Virus record (IMG/VR): IMGVR_UViG_3300010354_005141
Location: 1,143-65,142 of that record
Reading direction: 5' to 3' (one strand)
Length of the DNA stretch: 64,000 bases
Origin: a virus
Taxonomy: Duplodnaviria > Caudoviricetes
The notes beneath the pieces are model-generated. The model was not told the DNA's origin, searched no databases, and saw only the letters and a list, made by a program, of their open reading frames with translations. Positions 9,314 to 19,215 of the stretch are shown here, one piece after another. Positions within the stretch are counted from its first letter, which is position 1. Every line of letters starts with the position of its first letter. Made by a program: the position numbers and the translations under genes.

Positions 9314-10012
9314 CTAATATTTAGTTATTTCGGGAAAGAGGCAATCTTGTATGAATACCTTAACATCTTCCTCGTTTAACCCTAGACTAGTCATAACTCG
9401 TGGAGTGTGTGGATTTTGTTTTTGATTCTGTGCGTAATAATTCTGTGCATCAACTACACTGCTAATTCTTTCAGCAGTTTTATTTGTAGATCCAACTTCA
9501 TCTAAATAAAAATTTATGCCTTTTTTAGCTATAGATAAAATTTGTGCTAGTTCTTCTTCGTCTTGCACATTGCCAGCAGCTATCATAAACGGACTAAAAA
9601 TACGTTCAGCCCAGTCTGGAAGTTTTCTAACTTTATTCCAGTCAAGATTTCTTGCTTGATCTGCAAACCAATCTATCATAGGATGTTCGCTATCTACTGT
9701 AGGACTAAAATCATAGAAACATCCGGTAATTTTGTTCTTACCTGCTATAACATCAAATCCAAATATAGGAGCAGGATTATGAGTATGTGGGAAAACACAG
9801 CAATGCATCATCCACAAGCCTCTAGTTTCTCTTGCATCGACTACATCGATATGTGCTCTACGATAAATGCTACTAGCCCATACTTTGTTGACCCAACCTG
9901 GCTGATTAAAACGATCCATTCCGGGTTCAAATATAATACTACCTGTCGCATAAAATTTACTTTCAAAATATCTTTCTATATCGATTAGAGTGCTCCAAAC
10001 ATTACTCTCCAT
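9314..10012 (-). CDS. pcyX: Ferredoxin-dependent bilin reductase (PcyA/PcyX type)
   Basis: RRAHIDVVDARE..LWMMHCCVFP...PIFGFDVIAG...DFSP, RKLPDWAERIFS, QNYYAQNQKQNPHT; adjacent to heme oxygenase. Confidence 0.85.
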   Translation of the reverse strand: MESNVWSTLIDIERYFESKFYATGSIIFEPGMDRFNQPGWVNKVWASSIYRRAHIDVVDARETRGLWMMHCCVFPHTHNPAPIFGFDVIAGKNKITGCFYDFSPTVDSEHPMIDWFADQARNLDWNKVRKLPDWAERIFSPFMIAAGNVQDEEELAQILSIAKKGINFYLDEVGSTNKTAERISSVVDAQNYYAQNQKQNPHTPRVMTSLGLNEEDVKVFIQDCLFPEITKY

Positions 10013-10535
10013 TGTATAGATCCTTCATCATTTTAATAGCCCAATCAAAAGCGATATTAGCCTCCTCTGCCATACTATCATCTAATTTAGCTCTAATGTT
10101 ATTAATTAGTAATTTAGTATCAGCAAATTCTAAGTTCCTATGGGGCCCTGGAACAATTTTTTTAATCATTTGTCCACCAAACATATCACCCATATGCCAT
10201 GTGTACAAATGTGCCATAACTTTATTTGGTTCTTTAGCAATACTTAGGATATAGTTGTGATAATCTATAGCAGACTGCCTGTGTTTGTGCGGCATTTTGC
10301 CATCAGTCATTTCTTGATAATCACAGTACAAATAGAATGCTCTGCGAATATCTGGCAAATCACTTAATAATCCGCAAGATCCTGCTGCACCTTCAATACT
10401 ATGATAAAATAACCATTTTTGATAAGTCCAGTCAGCCCATAAATCAAAAGGCAGTGTTTTTGCGAACACTGCCTTCATAAAAGGTGTTTCTTCAGCTTCC
10501 CTATGTTTAGCTGATGTTAGTTCTTTTAGACTCAT
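10002..10535 (-). CDS. hemO: Biliverdin-producing heme oxygenase
   Basis: LKELTSAKHREAE (proximal His), AHLYTWHMGDMFGGQMIKK, EANIAF. Confidence 0.9.
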   Translation of the reverse strand: MSLKELTSAKHREAEETPFMKAVFAKTLPFDLWADWTYQKWLFYHSIEGAAGSCGLLSDLPDIRRAFYLYCDYQEMTDGKMPHKHRQSAIDYHNYILSIAKEPNKVMAHLYTWHMGDMFGGQMIKKIVPGPHRNLEFADTKLLINNIRAKLDDSMAEEANIAFDWAIKMMKDLYNGE

Positions 10536-10831
10536 TCTTCCTCTAATTTAATCTGAAGTGGATATCCATTTGATCTGGCAAGATTAGTTGCCTCTACTGC
10601 TTTAGCTTCTGCAATTTCAAAACTATAAGTTCCTGCAATACCTGCACCTTGCTCGTGGACTTGTACAGTTATATCTCTTGCAGTGTCATTACTATGTTTG
10701 AAAACTTCAATTAACAATGATATTACAAAATCAATCGGAGTAGTGTCATCGTTTAGTAAAATAACTTTCCAACGTTTAGGTTCAGTTACTTTAATTTTAA
10801 TTTTTTCATCAATTTTAATGTCGGTTGCCAT
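10532..10831 (-). CDS. clpS: Clp protease adaptor ClpS
   Basis: KVILLNDDTTPIDFV...VHEQGAGIAGTYSFEIAEAK...YPLQ. Confidence 0.95.
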   Translation of the reverse strand: MATDIKIDEKIKIKVTEPKRWKVILLNDDTTPIDFVISLLIEVFKHSNDTARDITVQVHEQGAGIAGTYSFEIAEAKAVEATNLARSNGYPLQIKLEEE

Positions 10832-10849
10832 TAGATTCTCTTTAAGAGT

Positions 10850-10867
10850 GGGGGAGTTTCCTCCCCC
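10850..10867 (-). terminator. GC-rich stem-loop after hsp20 (terminator, attenuator or stabilising hairpin)
   Basis: GGGGGAG-GAAA-CTCCCCC on the minus strand; weak U-tract. Confidence 0.55.
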
Positions 10868-10881
10868 TTGATTATTTACAC

Positions 10882-11319
10882 TTATTTAATCTCAATTTGT
10901 CGAGGCTTTAGTGCTTCTGGAATTAAACGTTTAATATCTATGTATAGCATTCCATTATCGACTTTAGCTCCAACAACTTCCATGTACTCAGCTAGAGTAA
11001 ATGTTTGTTCAAAATCTCTTGTGCCAATTCCCCTGTGTAAATATTCAACTTGGCCAGCGCTTTCGCCAGGACGATTTTTTACACCGCGGATTGTTAGTTG
11101 ATCTTGGTCGACTTCAACTGTAATTTCTTCCTTCATAAAGCCTGCAACTGCAACTTCAATACCATAGGTATCGTCGCTGTATTTGACAATATTATGTGGA
11201 GGATAGTTACCGTTTTGGTGACTGTTAAAGAAACGATCGTTGAAAATACGATCAAAACCTACAAGTGCTCTGTTTAAATTGGCAAGAGCTGCCGCATCAA
11301 TAGTTCTTAATTGTGTCAT
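10882..11319 (-). CDS. Small heat-shock protein (Hsp20/IbpA family)
   Basis: NYPPHNIVK...IEVAVAGF...YLHRGIGTRDF...GAKVDNGMLYI...PRQIEI. Confidence 0.95.
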   Translation of the reverse strand: MTQLRTIDAAALANLNRALVGFDRIFNDRFFNSHQNGNYPPHNIVKYSDDTYGIEVAVAGFMKEEITVEVDQDQLTIRGVKNRPGESAGQVEYLHRGIGTRDFEQTFTLAEYMEVVGAKVDNGMLYIDIKRLIPEALKPRQIEIK

Positions 11320-11325
11320 TTTATT

Positions 11326-11377
11326 TTCTCCTTAAATTAAGCAAGAACTTAGTAGGGCCCGACTATCGGCACCCTAC
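11326..11377 (-). promoter_or_regulatory. ROSE-like RNA thermometer in the hsp20 5' UTR
   Basis: UUCUUGCUU pairs with AAGGAGAA (SD) with a bulged G; preceded by hairpin GUAGGG...CCCUAC. Confidence 0.7.
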
Positions 11378-11383
11378 GTTTTT

Positions 11384-11411
11384 ATTATACTACTGTCTGT
11401 GTGTAAGTCAA
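11384..11411 (-). promoter_or_regulatory. sigma70-like promoter for hsp20
   Basis: TTGACT-16 nt-TATAAT. Confidence 0.65.
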
Positions 11412-13294
11412 ACCTCTTTGAAATCAGCATTAACAACTGTTTCGCCGTTTTCAGATTGTTTAGCTTGTTTAGCTGTTTCTGCTGCCTGTTTCTTGGTCAT
11501 AATAGCAGATGCGCTTTCGAACAACTTAGAGACTGCTTCTTGAATCTTTTCAATTTCTTCTCCTTTAACTGATTCGTCAAGGTTACTTCTTGCAGTTTCG
11601 TATGCTGTTTTTTCTTCTTCAGTTAATTGATCTTTAACTTCATCAAAATCTTTGTTTAGCGAATGCCTTGTGCTTTCTGCTTGATTACGTGCTTCAATAA
11701 GATCTTTAGCTTTCTTATCAGCTTCTGCATTTTCTTCAGCTTCTTTAACCATACGCTGTATTTCGGCTTCAGTTAAACCACTGTCACTCTTAATTGTGAT
11801 ATTGTTTTCTTTGCCAGTGTTCTTATCTTTAGCACTGATCTTCATGATACCGTTGGCATCGATGTCAAAAGTAACTTCAATCTGCGGCATACCACGTGGG
11901 GCAGGAGCAATACCGTCTAGGTTAAATTCGCCAAGTGCTTTATTGTACTTGAACAAGTCTCGCTCGCCCTGTGCTACTTTAATTGTAACTGCTGGCTGGT
12001 TGTCTTCTGCTGTTGAGAATGTTTGGCTAGCCTTAGTAGGAATAGTTGTATTCTTAGCAATCAGTTTGGTCATAATACCGCCAACTGTTTCAATACCTAG
12101 GCTCAACGGAGTAACGTCTAGCAATAGAACGTCAGTCTTGTCGCCTGCTAGAACAGCGCCTTGAATGGCTGCACCGGCGGCAACTGCCTCGTCTGGGTTG
12201 ACATCCTTGCGTGGAGTCTTGCCAAACAACTTTTCAACTGCTTCTTGTACCTTAGGCATACGTGTTTGTCCACCAACGAGAATAACTTCGTCGATGTCAG
12301 CGGCTGTAACACCTGCGTCTTTCATAGCGATCTTGCATGGCTCGATACTGCGTTCAATTAGTTGTTCTACCATTGCTTCAAACTTAGCACGAGTAATAGT
12401 TACATTCATGTGTTTAGGACCACTTGCATCAGCTGTAATGTATGGCAAGTTAACGCTTGTGCTTTGGGCGCTAGATAATTCGATCTTTGCTTTTTCAGCG
12501 CTTTCTTTTAGGCGCTGTAATGCCAGCATATCTTTTTTAAGATCAACGCCGTTGTCTTTCTTGAACTCATCAACAAGATAATCCATAATAGCTTGGTCAA
12601 AATCTTCACCACCTAAGAATGTATCTCCGTTAGTAGAAAGAACTTCAATTTGTTTATCGCCATCGATATTAGCAATTTCAATAATTGAAATATCAAATGT
12701 ACCACCACCTAAGTCGTAAACTGCAACTTTACGATCTTTCTTATCTGCTTTATCAACTCCATAGGCTAGAGCAGCCGCAGTTGGCTCGTTGATAATGCGT
12801 AGTACTTCAAGTCCGGCAATCTTACCAGCATCTTTAGTTGCTTGACGCTGACTGTCATTAAAATAAGCTGGAACTGTAATAACTGCTTTAGTAACTTCTT
12901 GACCAAGATAATCCTCAGCAGTCTTTTTCATCTTGCGAAGAACTTCTGCACTGATCTGCGGAGGTGCTAGTTTTTGTCCGTTGGCTTCAACCCAAGCATC
13001 ACCGTTGTCTGCTTTGACAATTTTGTAAGGCATTAGGTCAATATCTTTTTGCACAGCTTGTTCTTCGAACTTACGTCCAATCAAACGTTTAGCTGCATAG
13101 ATTGTGTTCTTGGGGTTTGTTACTGCTTGTCGCTTTGCTGTTGCACCTACTAGAATTTCTTTATCTGTATATGCAATAATTGACGGTGTTGTTCTTGCAC
13201 CTTCGCTGTTTTCAATTACTTTAGCAATTCCGTTTTCTAAAATTGCTACACAGCTATTTGTCGTACCGAGATCGATACCAATAATTTTACTCAT
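11408..13294 (-). CDS. dnaK: Chaperone DnaK (Hsp70)
   Basis: [43 protein letters not shown]. Confidence 0.99.
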   Translation of the reverse strand: MSKIIGIDLGTTNSCVAILENGIAKVIENSEGARTTPSIIAYTDKEILVGATAKRQAVTNPKNTIYAAKRLIGRKFEEQAVQKDIDLMPYKIVKADNGDAWVEANGQKLAPPQISAEVLRKMKKTAEDYLGQEVTKAVITVPAYFNDSQRQATKDAGKIAGLEVLRIINEPTAAALAYGVDKADKKDRKVAVYDLGGGTFDISIIEIANIDGDKQIEVLSTNGDTFLGGEDFDQAIMDYLVDEFKKDNGVDLKKDMLALQRLKESAEKAKIELSSAQSTSVNLPYITADASGPKHMNVTITRAKFEAMVEQLIERSIEPCKIAMKDAGVTAADIDEVILVGGQTRMPKVQEAVEKLFGKTPRKDVNPDEAVAAGAAIQGAVLAGDKTDVLLLDVTPLSLGIETVGGIMTKLIAKNTTIPTKASQTFSTAEDNQPAVTIKVAQGERDLFKYNKALGEFNLDGIAPAPRGMPQIEVTFDIDANGIMKISAKDKNTGKENNITIKSDSGLTEAEIQRMVKEAEENAEADKKAKDLIEARNQAESTRHSLNKDFDEVKDQLTEEEKTAYETARSNLDESVKGEEIEKIQEAVSKLFESASAIMTKKQAAETAKQAKQSENGETVVNADFKEV

Positions 13295-13300
13295 AATATT

Positions 13301-13364
13301 CTCCTTGTAAAGCGAGTAATTTTGGGACGCTGCCCTTATACTAAACCCTTACGGCGTTTTAGTA
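13301..13364 (-). promoter_or_regulatory. ROSE-like RNA thermometer in the dnaK 5' UTR
   Basis: CUCGCUU-UAC-AAGGAG with a bulged G over the SD; 5' hairpin UACUAAA...CC-GUAA-GG...UUUAGUA; TAAATA at 13371-13376. Confidence 0.65.
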
Positions 13365-13388
13365 CATACTTATTTATTTCTAAAAAAA

Positions 13389-13973
13389 TTATTTTTCTTT
13401 TGAAAATGGTGTAATATACTGTCCAGAAGTGCTAGTGCAAGTCCTTAAAGTATTGTATACGTTTTGTATTCCTACAGCTTGATTCCAAGCATCTTGCAAT
13501 GCATGGTGTGCTGTTACCGGAGGCCGATTAGGATTTATTCCTAAATCAAATGCAGTTCTAACATCTCGAACTTGCCAATAACTCCACGGGATAGATTTGT
13601 TTAATCTTTTAAATGCAGTTTCACAAATTGGAATATCAAAGGCTGCTCCGTTTGACCATACACGTTTAGCACCCCAACAAAACTTATAAAGTTGATCCAT
13701 AGCATCTTTAATATCAACTCTATCTTCTGTGCCAAACGCTTCTTCTTGTACCTCTTTGCCTTGTTGTGCCCACCAAGCAATAGTATCGTCAGATGCAACT
13801 AATCCAATTCTATCACAACTATCTATGTCTACTTTAACATAAAAGCTTTCCATAGCAGGCATTGAAACATCATTTCCAAAAGGATCGAATTTAACTGCCC
13901 CTATGGTTAAAATTACTGCATCGGTAGACGTAGCAAGTGTTTCTAAATCAATCATTATATCTGAATTTGGCAT
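13389..13973 (-). CDS. DEDDh 3'-5' exonuclease
   Basis: IMIDLETL, VWSNGAAFDIPI, RDVRT, HHALQDA. Confidence 0.85.
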   Translation of the reverse strand: MPNSDIMIDLETLATSTDAVILTIGAVKFDPFGNDVSMPAMESFYVKVDIDSCDRIGLVASDDTIAWWAQQGKEVQEEAFGTEDRVDIKDAMDQLYKFCWGAKRVWSNGAAFDIPICETAFKRLNKSIPWSYWQVRDVRTAFDLGINPNRPPVTAHHALQDAWNQAVGIQNVYNTLRTCTSTSGQYITPFSKEK

Positions 13974-14002
13974 TCTAACCTTTCTGTATTTTACAACAGT
14001 TG

Positions 14003-14031
14003 ATTATAACGCAAATTCAGATTAATGTCAA
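14003..14031 (-). promoter_or_regulatory. sigma70-like promoter
   Basis: TTGACA-17 nt-TATAAT (consensus). Confidence 0.75.
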
Positions 14032-14261
14032 TATAATTTCGGTGGTAAAGAGTCTTTTTCTTTCTGCTTGCGCCAACGTGCTTTGGCAGCGCCTGCTTTA
14101 CGTTTGCGCTCAGATGTAGGCTTTTCATAGAATTCTTTTTCTCTTAATGTATTAAGAACTCCAGATTCTTCTACTTTATTTTTAAATCTCTTAAGTGCTC
14201 TATTGATGTCCTCACCGTCTTTGACGTAGACTGTAGTGCCTTTAATTATGTGATTCATCAT
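14028..14261 (-). CDS. rpsU: 30S ribosomal protein bS21
   Basis: [43 protein letters not shown]; start refined using a GAGG RBS. Confidence 0.9.
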   Translation of the reverse strand: MMNHIIKGTTVYVKDGEDINRALKRFKNKVEESGVLNTLREKEFYEKPTSERKRKAGAAKARWRKQKEKDSLPPKLY

Positions 14262-14676
14262 TTTCCTCATCGTCATCTTCTTCTGTTTTTAGTTGTTCTA
14301 CAATCCAATCAAGATTATAAATTCTGTTTTTTGAAATTAGATTATAGGGAGTTACTTCATCTGTTGTAATATAGTGTGTATTATTTTGAATTAAAAGTAA
14401 CATAGCGAATTGCCTAGTTAAAACATCGCAGTTATCAATATCTACAATAATGACATCTGCCTGTTGAGCTACATCTAAAAGCCATTCTATGTCACTTTCT
14501 TCTTCATCGTAAATGAACACATTAATATCATCAACACTTTTACTAAGAATTGTTTGAAACTGTTGTTTAACATGTATTGATGGTTTTACTAATAGATAAC
14601 CTAATGTTAAATTAAACAGTTTATCAGGAGGCGTTATTACTGTTATCTTTCCTAAGTTCATATACCCTTCTTGCAA
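14242..14676 (-). CDS. Hypothetical protein
   Basis: In-operon ORF (ITVITPPD motif); start uncertain. Confidence 0.6.
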   Translation of the reverse strand: MQEGYMNLGKITVITPPDKLFNLTLGYLLVKPSIHVKQQFQTILSKSVDDINVFIYDEEESDIEWLLDVAQQADVIIVDIDNCDVLTRQFAMLLLIQNNTHYITTDEVTPYNLISKNRIYNLDWIVEQLKTEEDDDEENDESHN

Positions 14677-14899
14677 AGTATGTTAATTTATCTTTACTAT
14701 AATTATTAAATCTCGGACTGTCATTTTTAACCAACTCGACAAATTCATAAAGCTCAGGTTCAAGATCTTTATCGACTTCTAATGTATCAAACCATCCTTT
14801 AGAATAAGCTACATACAATTCGTCAATTGGTTTAGCTTCTAGTCTTTTATATATAGATGACCAAATAGAAGAAGGTGATTGCTGTTCAGCATTTTGCAC
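14624..14899 (-). CDS. Hypothetical; probably the -1 frameshift extension of 14905..16089
   Basis: GTG start without SD; frame is open back to the A9G run at 14959-14968. Confidence 0.55.
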   Translation of the reverse strand: MQNAEQQSPSSIWSSIYKRLEAKPIDELYVAYSKGWFDTLEVDKDLEPELYEFVELVKNDSPRFNNYSKDKLTYFARRVYELRKDNSNNAS

Positions 14900-14904
14900 A
14901 TATT

Positions 14905-16089
14905 CTACAATCGGTTCTTGATCTGTAACTTCCCTTCTTGATCTTTGGTCATGTAGCTCTTTTTTTTTGAGTCGTCTTGTTCTGTTGGTGGTAAAGCTTC
15001 TACCTCCTTTGGTTGCTCTGCTGCTGTTTGGTCACCTCCTTGGTCAGCTGGCAGTGTTTGTTCGACGACGGTCTCTGTGTGCTTGTATGTATCTGTATTT
15101 GGTTCATCTGGTTTAGAATCTTGAATTTCTTCGGTCTTGGCCACTAGCGGTTTTGTAAATTCCCAGTCTTTGGGATAAACAAATCCTTTTCTAAGATACG
15201 GATGTGTGTCAGGATGATGAGGCGCTGGCTCTTTCTTTTCGTCTGGGTATAAATCTTTTTCTTCTGCTAAAAATTTAAAACCGTCGTCGGGAACTTCTTG
15301 TTCTATTGGTGTTTCTTTTTGTTTTTTTCGTTGTTCAAAAATCCAACCAAATGTCATTTGTGCAGCTAATAACATAATAACTGCTAACGGGTCAAACACA
15401 GCTACAATAAGAATAATAACCCACGTGACTGCTTTTTCTAGTAAATTTTGATCCGGGTTATCGCCGTAAATTAACTTGGCAATGTATTTGATTGGGCCAA
15501 CTTCTGCTTCGACTTTACGGATTTCGGCAGCAATAGGAGCTCGTTCGGATTGTAATTGAGCAATATTACTCTGTGAGTTTGTAATATCACGTTGTAATCT
15601 TGTTCTTTCTGTTTGTTGCTGCCTACGGATTTGAACTGCTCGTTCGGCACCTTGTTCAGTATTACCTCTGGAAAGTCTTTGGTCAACTTGTGCATCCAAT
15701 TGGGCCAAAGATTTTCTAGCAGATTCAATATTTTCTCTTTCAGTTTTAATTTTTTCATCATATACTGAAATCCTTGCTAGAACATCGCCGCTTACTAGGT
15801 TTTGATCTGTGTGTGCTTTACTTAAGAATCCAAAAATGCCCATGCTAGTTATAAACATTAACACAAAGACCGCAGTGGTCATGTATGTTTTCATTAATAA
15901 CGGAGCACGTTCCCAGTTAGCTTTTAACCAACTGGCACAGACTAACTTAGCAACTTCTAAACTGCCTCCCATAATATAAATGGGAATAACTGCCGCGGAG
16001 AAAATAGCCGCCAACCCCACTACTGAGTAGTAGATTGCAACGGCTGATATGATTAACCCTGTTAAGAGTAATAACCAAGCCAAAATCAT
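14905..16089 (-). CDS. Membrane protein with coiled-coil region
   Basis: Three N-terminal TM helices, coiled coil, further TM (IVAVFDPLAV), charged tail. Confidence 0.7.
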   Translation of the reverse strand: MILAWLLLLTGLIISAVAIYYSVVGLAAIFSAAVIPIYIMGGSLEVAKLVCASWLKANWERAPLLMKTYMTTAVFVLMFITSMGIFGFLSKAHTDQNLVSGDVLARISVYDEKIKTERENIESARKSLAQLDAQVDQRLSRGNTEQGAERAVQIRRQQQTERTRLQRDITNSQSNIAQLQSERAPIAAEIRKVEAEVGPIKYIAKLIYGDNPDQNLLEKAVTWVIILIVAVFDPLAVIMLLAAQMTFGWIFEQRKKQKETPIEQEVPDDGFKFLAEEKDLYPDEKKEPAPHHPDTHPYLRKGFVYPKDWEFTKPLVAKTEEIQDSKPDEPNTDTYKHTETVVEQTLPADQGGDQTAAEQPKEVEALPPTEQDDSKKKSYMTKDQEGKLQIKNRL

Positions 16090-16095
16090 AAGTGA

Positions 16096-16695
16096 TTAAT
16101 CAAGTAGTGTTGATTCGTCGATTAATGTAACAGTAACATCATCATAAATGTCTGCTAACGTATCTGGGGCCGCTACTGTAATTGTAGTCTGTGTATCTAC
16201 AATATTAACTGGGTCATACACTCTCATTGAAGCTGTTGTAGCGTCTGCAATTCCATTTGCAACTGCAAAACGAAGTGCTTTGGCATTCGAGTCAATAGTC
16301 ACTGCGCCGCCTGTTGTAGGTGTAAATGTAGTTGCTCCGCAGGCAGCAATTAACCCTGCATCTCTTTCGTACTTAACAGTAAAAGATAAACTTGTTGCTT
16401 GGGCATCTGCATTAGCTTCTGTTATAGTAATATCATGTATCTGGCAGTCTGCTAATCCTGTCAATCGATTGACAATATTACGGAAACGCATATTTCCTCT
16501 AGCACGAGCTTTTGCTTTGACTAAAGTAGTTGGCAAATTAGCAGTGCTAAAACTGTCCGAACTGTTTGGTGTTACACCGCCGTTATTATTTCCATCGGCA
16601 GTTGGCCACGTTGCTGTGCCGCCGCCCATTGTTACAACTACTCTGTACATTACAGGCTGTAATTGATTTAAATCTTGCTGAAATCCTGATGGCAT
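16096..16695 (-). CDS. Putative virion structural protein
   Basis: T/A/G-rich; AGGAG RBS; TAAATA upstream. Confidence 0.55.
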   Translation of the reverse strand: MPSGFQQDLNQLQPVMYRVVVTMGGGTATWPTADGNNNGGVTPNSSDSFSTANLPTTLVKAKARARGNMRFRNIVNRLTGLADCQIHDITITEANADAQATSLSFTVKYERDAGLIAACGATTFTPTTGGAVTIDSNAKALRFAVANGIADATTASMRVYDPVNIVDTQTTITVAAPDTLADIYDDVTVTLIDESTLLD

Positions 16696-16726
16696 TTTAT
16701 GCTCCTAAGTTATCTAATATTTAGTG

Positions 16727-17077
16727 TTATTTGAACACAATTAGAGCTAGCACAGCCGCTTGAACAAAGAAGCCTAAACCGATTGTAACAATATTAAGCA
16801 AATCTTTTTGAATTGTAGCTTTTAAGAAAAAGCAAAACAATCCAACCCAGCTAAACAACACTAGATCGACCGGCGGCATCTTTTCTGTTAGTCCCGTAAG
16901 GACAGCAAACATTGTAGGGATAGTAGCTAAGTGTAGTAGAATTACTGCAATCCAGCCTATTGTCTCTGCACTTAATCTAGGAGCATGAGTTTTTACACTC
17001 TCAATCCAAAGATTGATATCAAAAAATTGTTTGAATCCCGGTTTAGTTTCTTCTGTGCTCATGTTAACTCCAATCAA
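16727..17077 (-). CDS. Small membrane protein (possible lysis accessory)
   Basis: Three hydrophobic segments; adjacent to the cell wall hydrolase. Confidence 0.55.
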   Translation of the reverse strand: MIGVNMSTEETKPGFKQFFDINLWIESVKTHAPRLSAETIGWIAVILLHLATIPTMFAVLTGLTEKMPPVDLVLFSWVGLFCFFLKATIQKDLLNIVTIGLGFFVQAAVLALIVFK

Positions 17078-17604
17078 TTATAAAAAATATGTCGGCCAAT
17101 CTTGGCAACTGGTTTCTTGTTCCATTTAGGATTAACGTAATCCGCATGAAAATATAGTGCATCCTTTAGAGCAGGTAATCTAAAGTTCTCTAAAAGAACT
17201 TTTTTAGCAACTTCCATAGACTCTGTGTAGATAGGCCCATTCATAGGCTTTTTAACACTGGCCTGTTGGCAGTACCAACTAAATTGGCAAAGTACTTTTT
17301 CATAGACAATGTTCTTTTGATAAACTACTTGACAAATATCACTAGGGAATTGTCCGCTTTCAGTTCTATTAATTGTTACTTGTGCCACAGCAACTTTGCC
17401 TTCAAAAGGCTCTCCGCCGGCTTCAAAGTAAATATTTCTAGCAAGACAATCTAATTGTCGTTGCCTCATTTGTGCTGTCACTGGACTAGCTTGTGTGCGA
17501 ATTTCCTGCAACTTTTCAAACTTATAGTCTACAGCTTTGACAGCAACTGTCCACCCGGCAAATAGCACTAGGGCAAACAGAACAGCTTGGATTATGCGTA
17601 TCAT
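17074..17604 (-). CDS. Cell wall hydrolase, SleB family
   Basis: CLARNIYFEAGGE...VAQVTINR...ICQVVYQ..CQFSW...YFHADYVNPKW...IGRHIFY; start refined using AAGGAGG. Confidence 0.9.
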   Translation of the reverse strand: MIRIIQAVLFALVLFAGWTVAVKAVDYKFEKLQEIRTQASPVTAQMRQRQLDCLARNIYFEAGGEPFEGKVAVAQVTINRTESGQFPSDICQVVYQKNIVYEKVLCQFSWYCQQASVKKPMNGPIYTESMEVAKKVLLENFRLPALKDALYFHADYVNPKWNKKPVAKIGRHIFYN

Positions 17605-17739
17605 TTTTAGTCCTCCTTTACGCTGGGGTGAGCTTGAAAGCTCAAGTTTTAACATTTTAGTATGTGTCATAGTCTCCATTTTTTTGAGTACAAACAAGTA
17701 GTTATCCTTATGATTAACAGGATAAAAACTATTTTTAAG

Positions 17740-18144
17740 TTATCTACGCATTTTTGCAATATCTTGCGCTTCTTCGTCACTAAAAATAGGTACTGCATTG
17801 CTTTTATGCATGGTACCAATACCTTTGATTTTAGTGCCTGTATAAACTGGTCTCGGTTTGAGTACAGCTGGACTCATATCAGTTCCGCCATTAAGGCTAG
17901 GAATACGGGGGCCAGTATCTCTTATATAAGTCTTAGCAGATAGCATAACTGGAGCAGAAAGAGCCTGTATCCGTTTACGTTCCGATTGTTCAACATTATG
18001 CTTTTTGAGCAACCGTTCCCAAGATTCGGCTAATTCTCGAGATTTACGGGCTTCTTCTGCATTTCGAAATTTTTGCTTGCCTTTACGCTTGCCAGTAGTG
18101 CTTAGCCAAGGACCTTCAAGATGCATACTCAAAATAGTCTCCAA
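17740..18144 (-). CDS. Hypothetical phage protein
   Basis: C-terminal YTG..IKGIGTMHKSNAVP motif, typical of large myoviruses. Confidence 0.65.
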   Translation of the reverse strand: METILSMHLEGPWLSTTGKRKGKQKFRNAEEARKSRELAESWERLLKKHNVEQSERKRIQALSAPVMLSAKTYIRDTGPRIPSLNGGTDMSPAVLKPRPVYTGTKIKGIGTMHKSNAVPIFSDEEAQDIAKMRR

Positions 18145-18163
18145 AAGTTAAAATAACAGTATA

Positions 18164-18192
18164 ATTGTACTTTAACTTTTGAATTTTGTCAA
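18164..18192 (-). promoter_or_regulatory. sigma70-like promoter
   Basis: TTGACA-17 nt-TACAAT. Confidence 0.65.
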
Positions 18193-18522
18193 TTAAAATT
18201 TGTCCAGCACAGCCCAGAGTAGAGGTTCTAAATCCCAACCTTGATATTTTTCTCCTAGTTCAAAAGGTTCATCTGGAGCTTTATACCAATCTTCTATTCC
18301 CAAAATTTCATATGCTTCTCTTTTTGAGATAGGTTCGTTACGCATATTGCTGACCCAAACTACTGTCATCATCATACAGGCAAATACCTGTTGATCTAAA
18401 TAGATGTCATTTATTTCACACCATTTTACAGTTTCATTAAGGTAATAATCTATATCTTCTATTCGATGTTCTAATTGGTTAATCCAATGTTGTGTATCTT
18501 CTCTAGACCAATATGCTGTCAT
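18193..18522 (-). CDS. Hypothetical protein
   Basis: Overlaps the iscA stop. Confidence 0.6.
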   Translation of the reverse strand: MTAYWSREDTQHWINQLEHRIEDIDYYLNETVKWCEINDIYLDQQVFACMMMTVVWVSNMRNEPISKREAYEILGIEDWYKAPDEPFELGEKYQGWDLEPLLWAVLDKF

Positions 18523-18839
18523 ACTCTAAAACTTTCACCGCAGCCGCAACGATCTCGTTCATTTGGGTTTCGAAACTCAAAACCTTCGTTTAATCCATTT
18601 CGTACCCAGTCCATTTCAATGCCAGTTAAGTAGGCTATACTTTTTGCATCAACATAAACATAAACACCGTTTGATTCAAAAATATGATCACCGTCATAAA
18701 CGTTGTCTACAAACTCAAGAACATAAGCAAGTCCAGAACAACCTGTAGTTTTAACACCTATCCTGATACCTAACCCTTTGCCTCGTTTTTTTAATTGTAA
18801 CTTAATTTTTTTAGAGGCCGCTTCAGTTAGCGTTATCAT
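18519..18839 (-). CDS. iscA: Fe-S cluster A-type carrier IscA
   Basis: [12 protein letters not shown]...[14 protein letters not shown]. Confidence 0.95.
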   Translation of the reverse strand: MITLTEAASKKIKLQLKKRGKGLGIRIGVKTTGCSGLAYVLEFVDNVYDGDHIFESNGVYVYVDAKSIAYLTGIEMDWVRNGLNEGFEFRNPNERDRCGCGESFRV

Positions 18840-19215
18840 GCTTCTTTCTATAATCTTCTATTGCGGCTTTAATAGCGTCCTCGGCTAATATGCTACAATG
18901 TATTTTGACCGGAGGAAGGGCAAGTTCTGTTGCAATCTCACTATTCTTAATGCTTCCTGCTTGGTCAAGTGTTTTACCTTTGACCCATTCTGTAACAAGA
19001 GAACTGCTTGCAATTGCCGAACCACATCCATACGTTTTAAATCTCGCATCTGTAATTATGCCAGTAACATCATCTACTTTTATCTGTAACTTCATTACGT
19101 CGCCGCAAGCAGGTGCGCCAACCATACCAGTACCAACGTTAGTATCGGACTTGTCAAAACTACCAACGTTACGGGGATTTTCATAATGATCAATCACCTT
19201 TGTTGAATAGGCCAT
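18823..19215 (-). CDS. iscU: Fe-S scaffold IscU
   Basis: [38 protein letters not shown]. Confidence 0.97.
   Translation of the reverse strand: MAYSTKVIDHYENPRNVGSFDKSDTNVGTGMVGAPACGDVMKLQIKVDDVTGIITDARFKTYGCGSAIASSSLVTEWVKGKTLDQAGSIKNSEIATELALPPVKIHCSILAEDAIKAAIEDYRKKHDNAN

Noticed and set aside
11796-12581. Antisense ORFs within dnaK (similar ones lie in nrdA, nrdB and Gly/Thr-rich genes)
   Set aside because: Shadow frames arising from codon bias of the real gene.
17605-17720. Riboswitch upstream of the cell wall hydrolase
   Set aside because: Only a short GAGCTT/AAGCTC hairpin is visible; no known aptamer consensus recognised.
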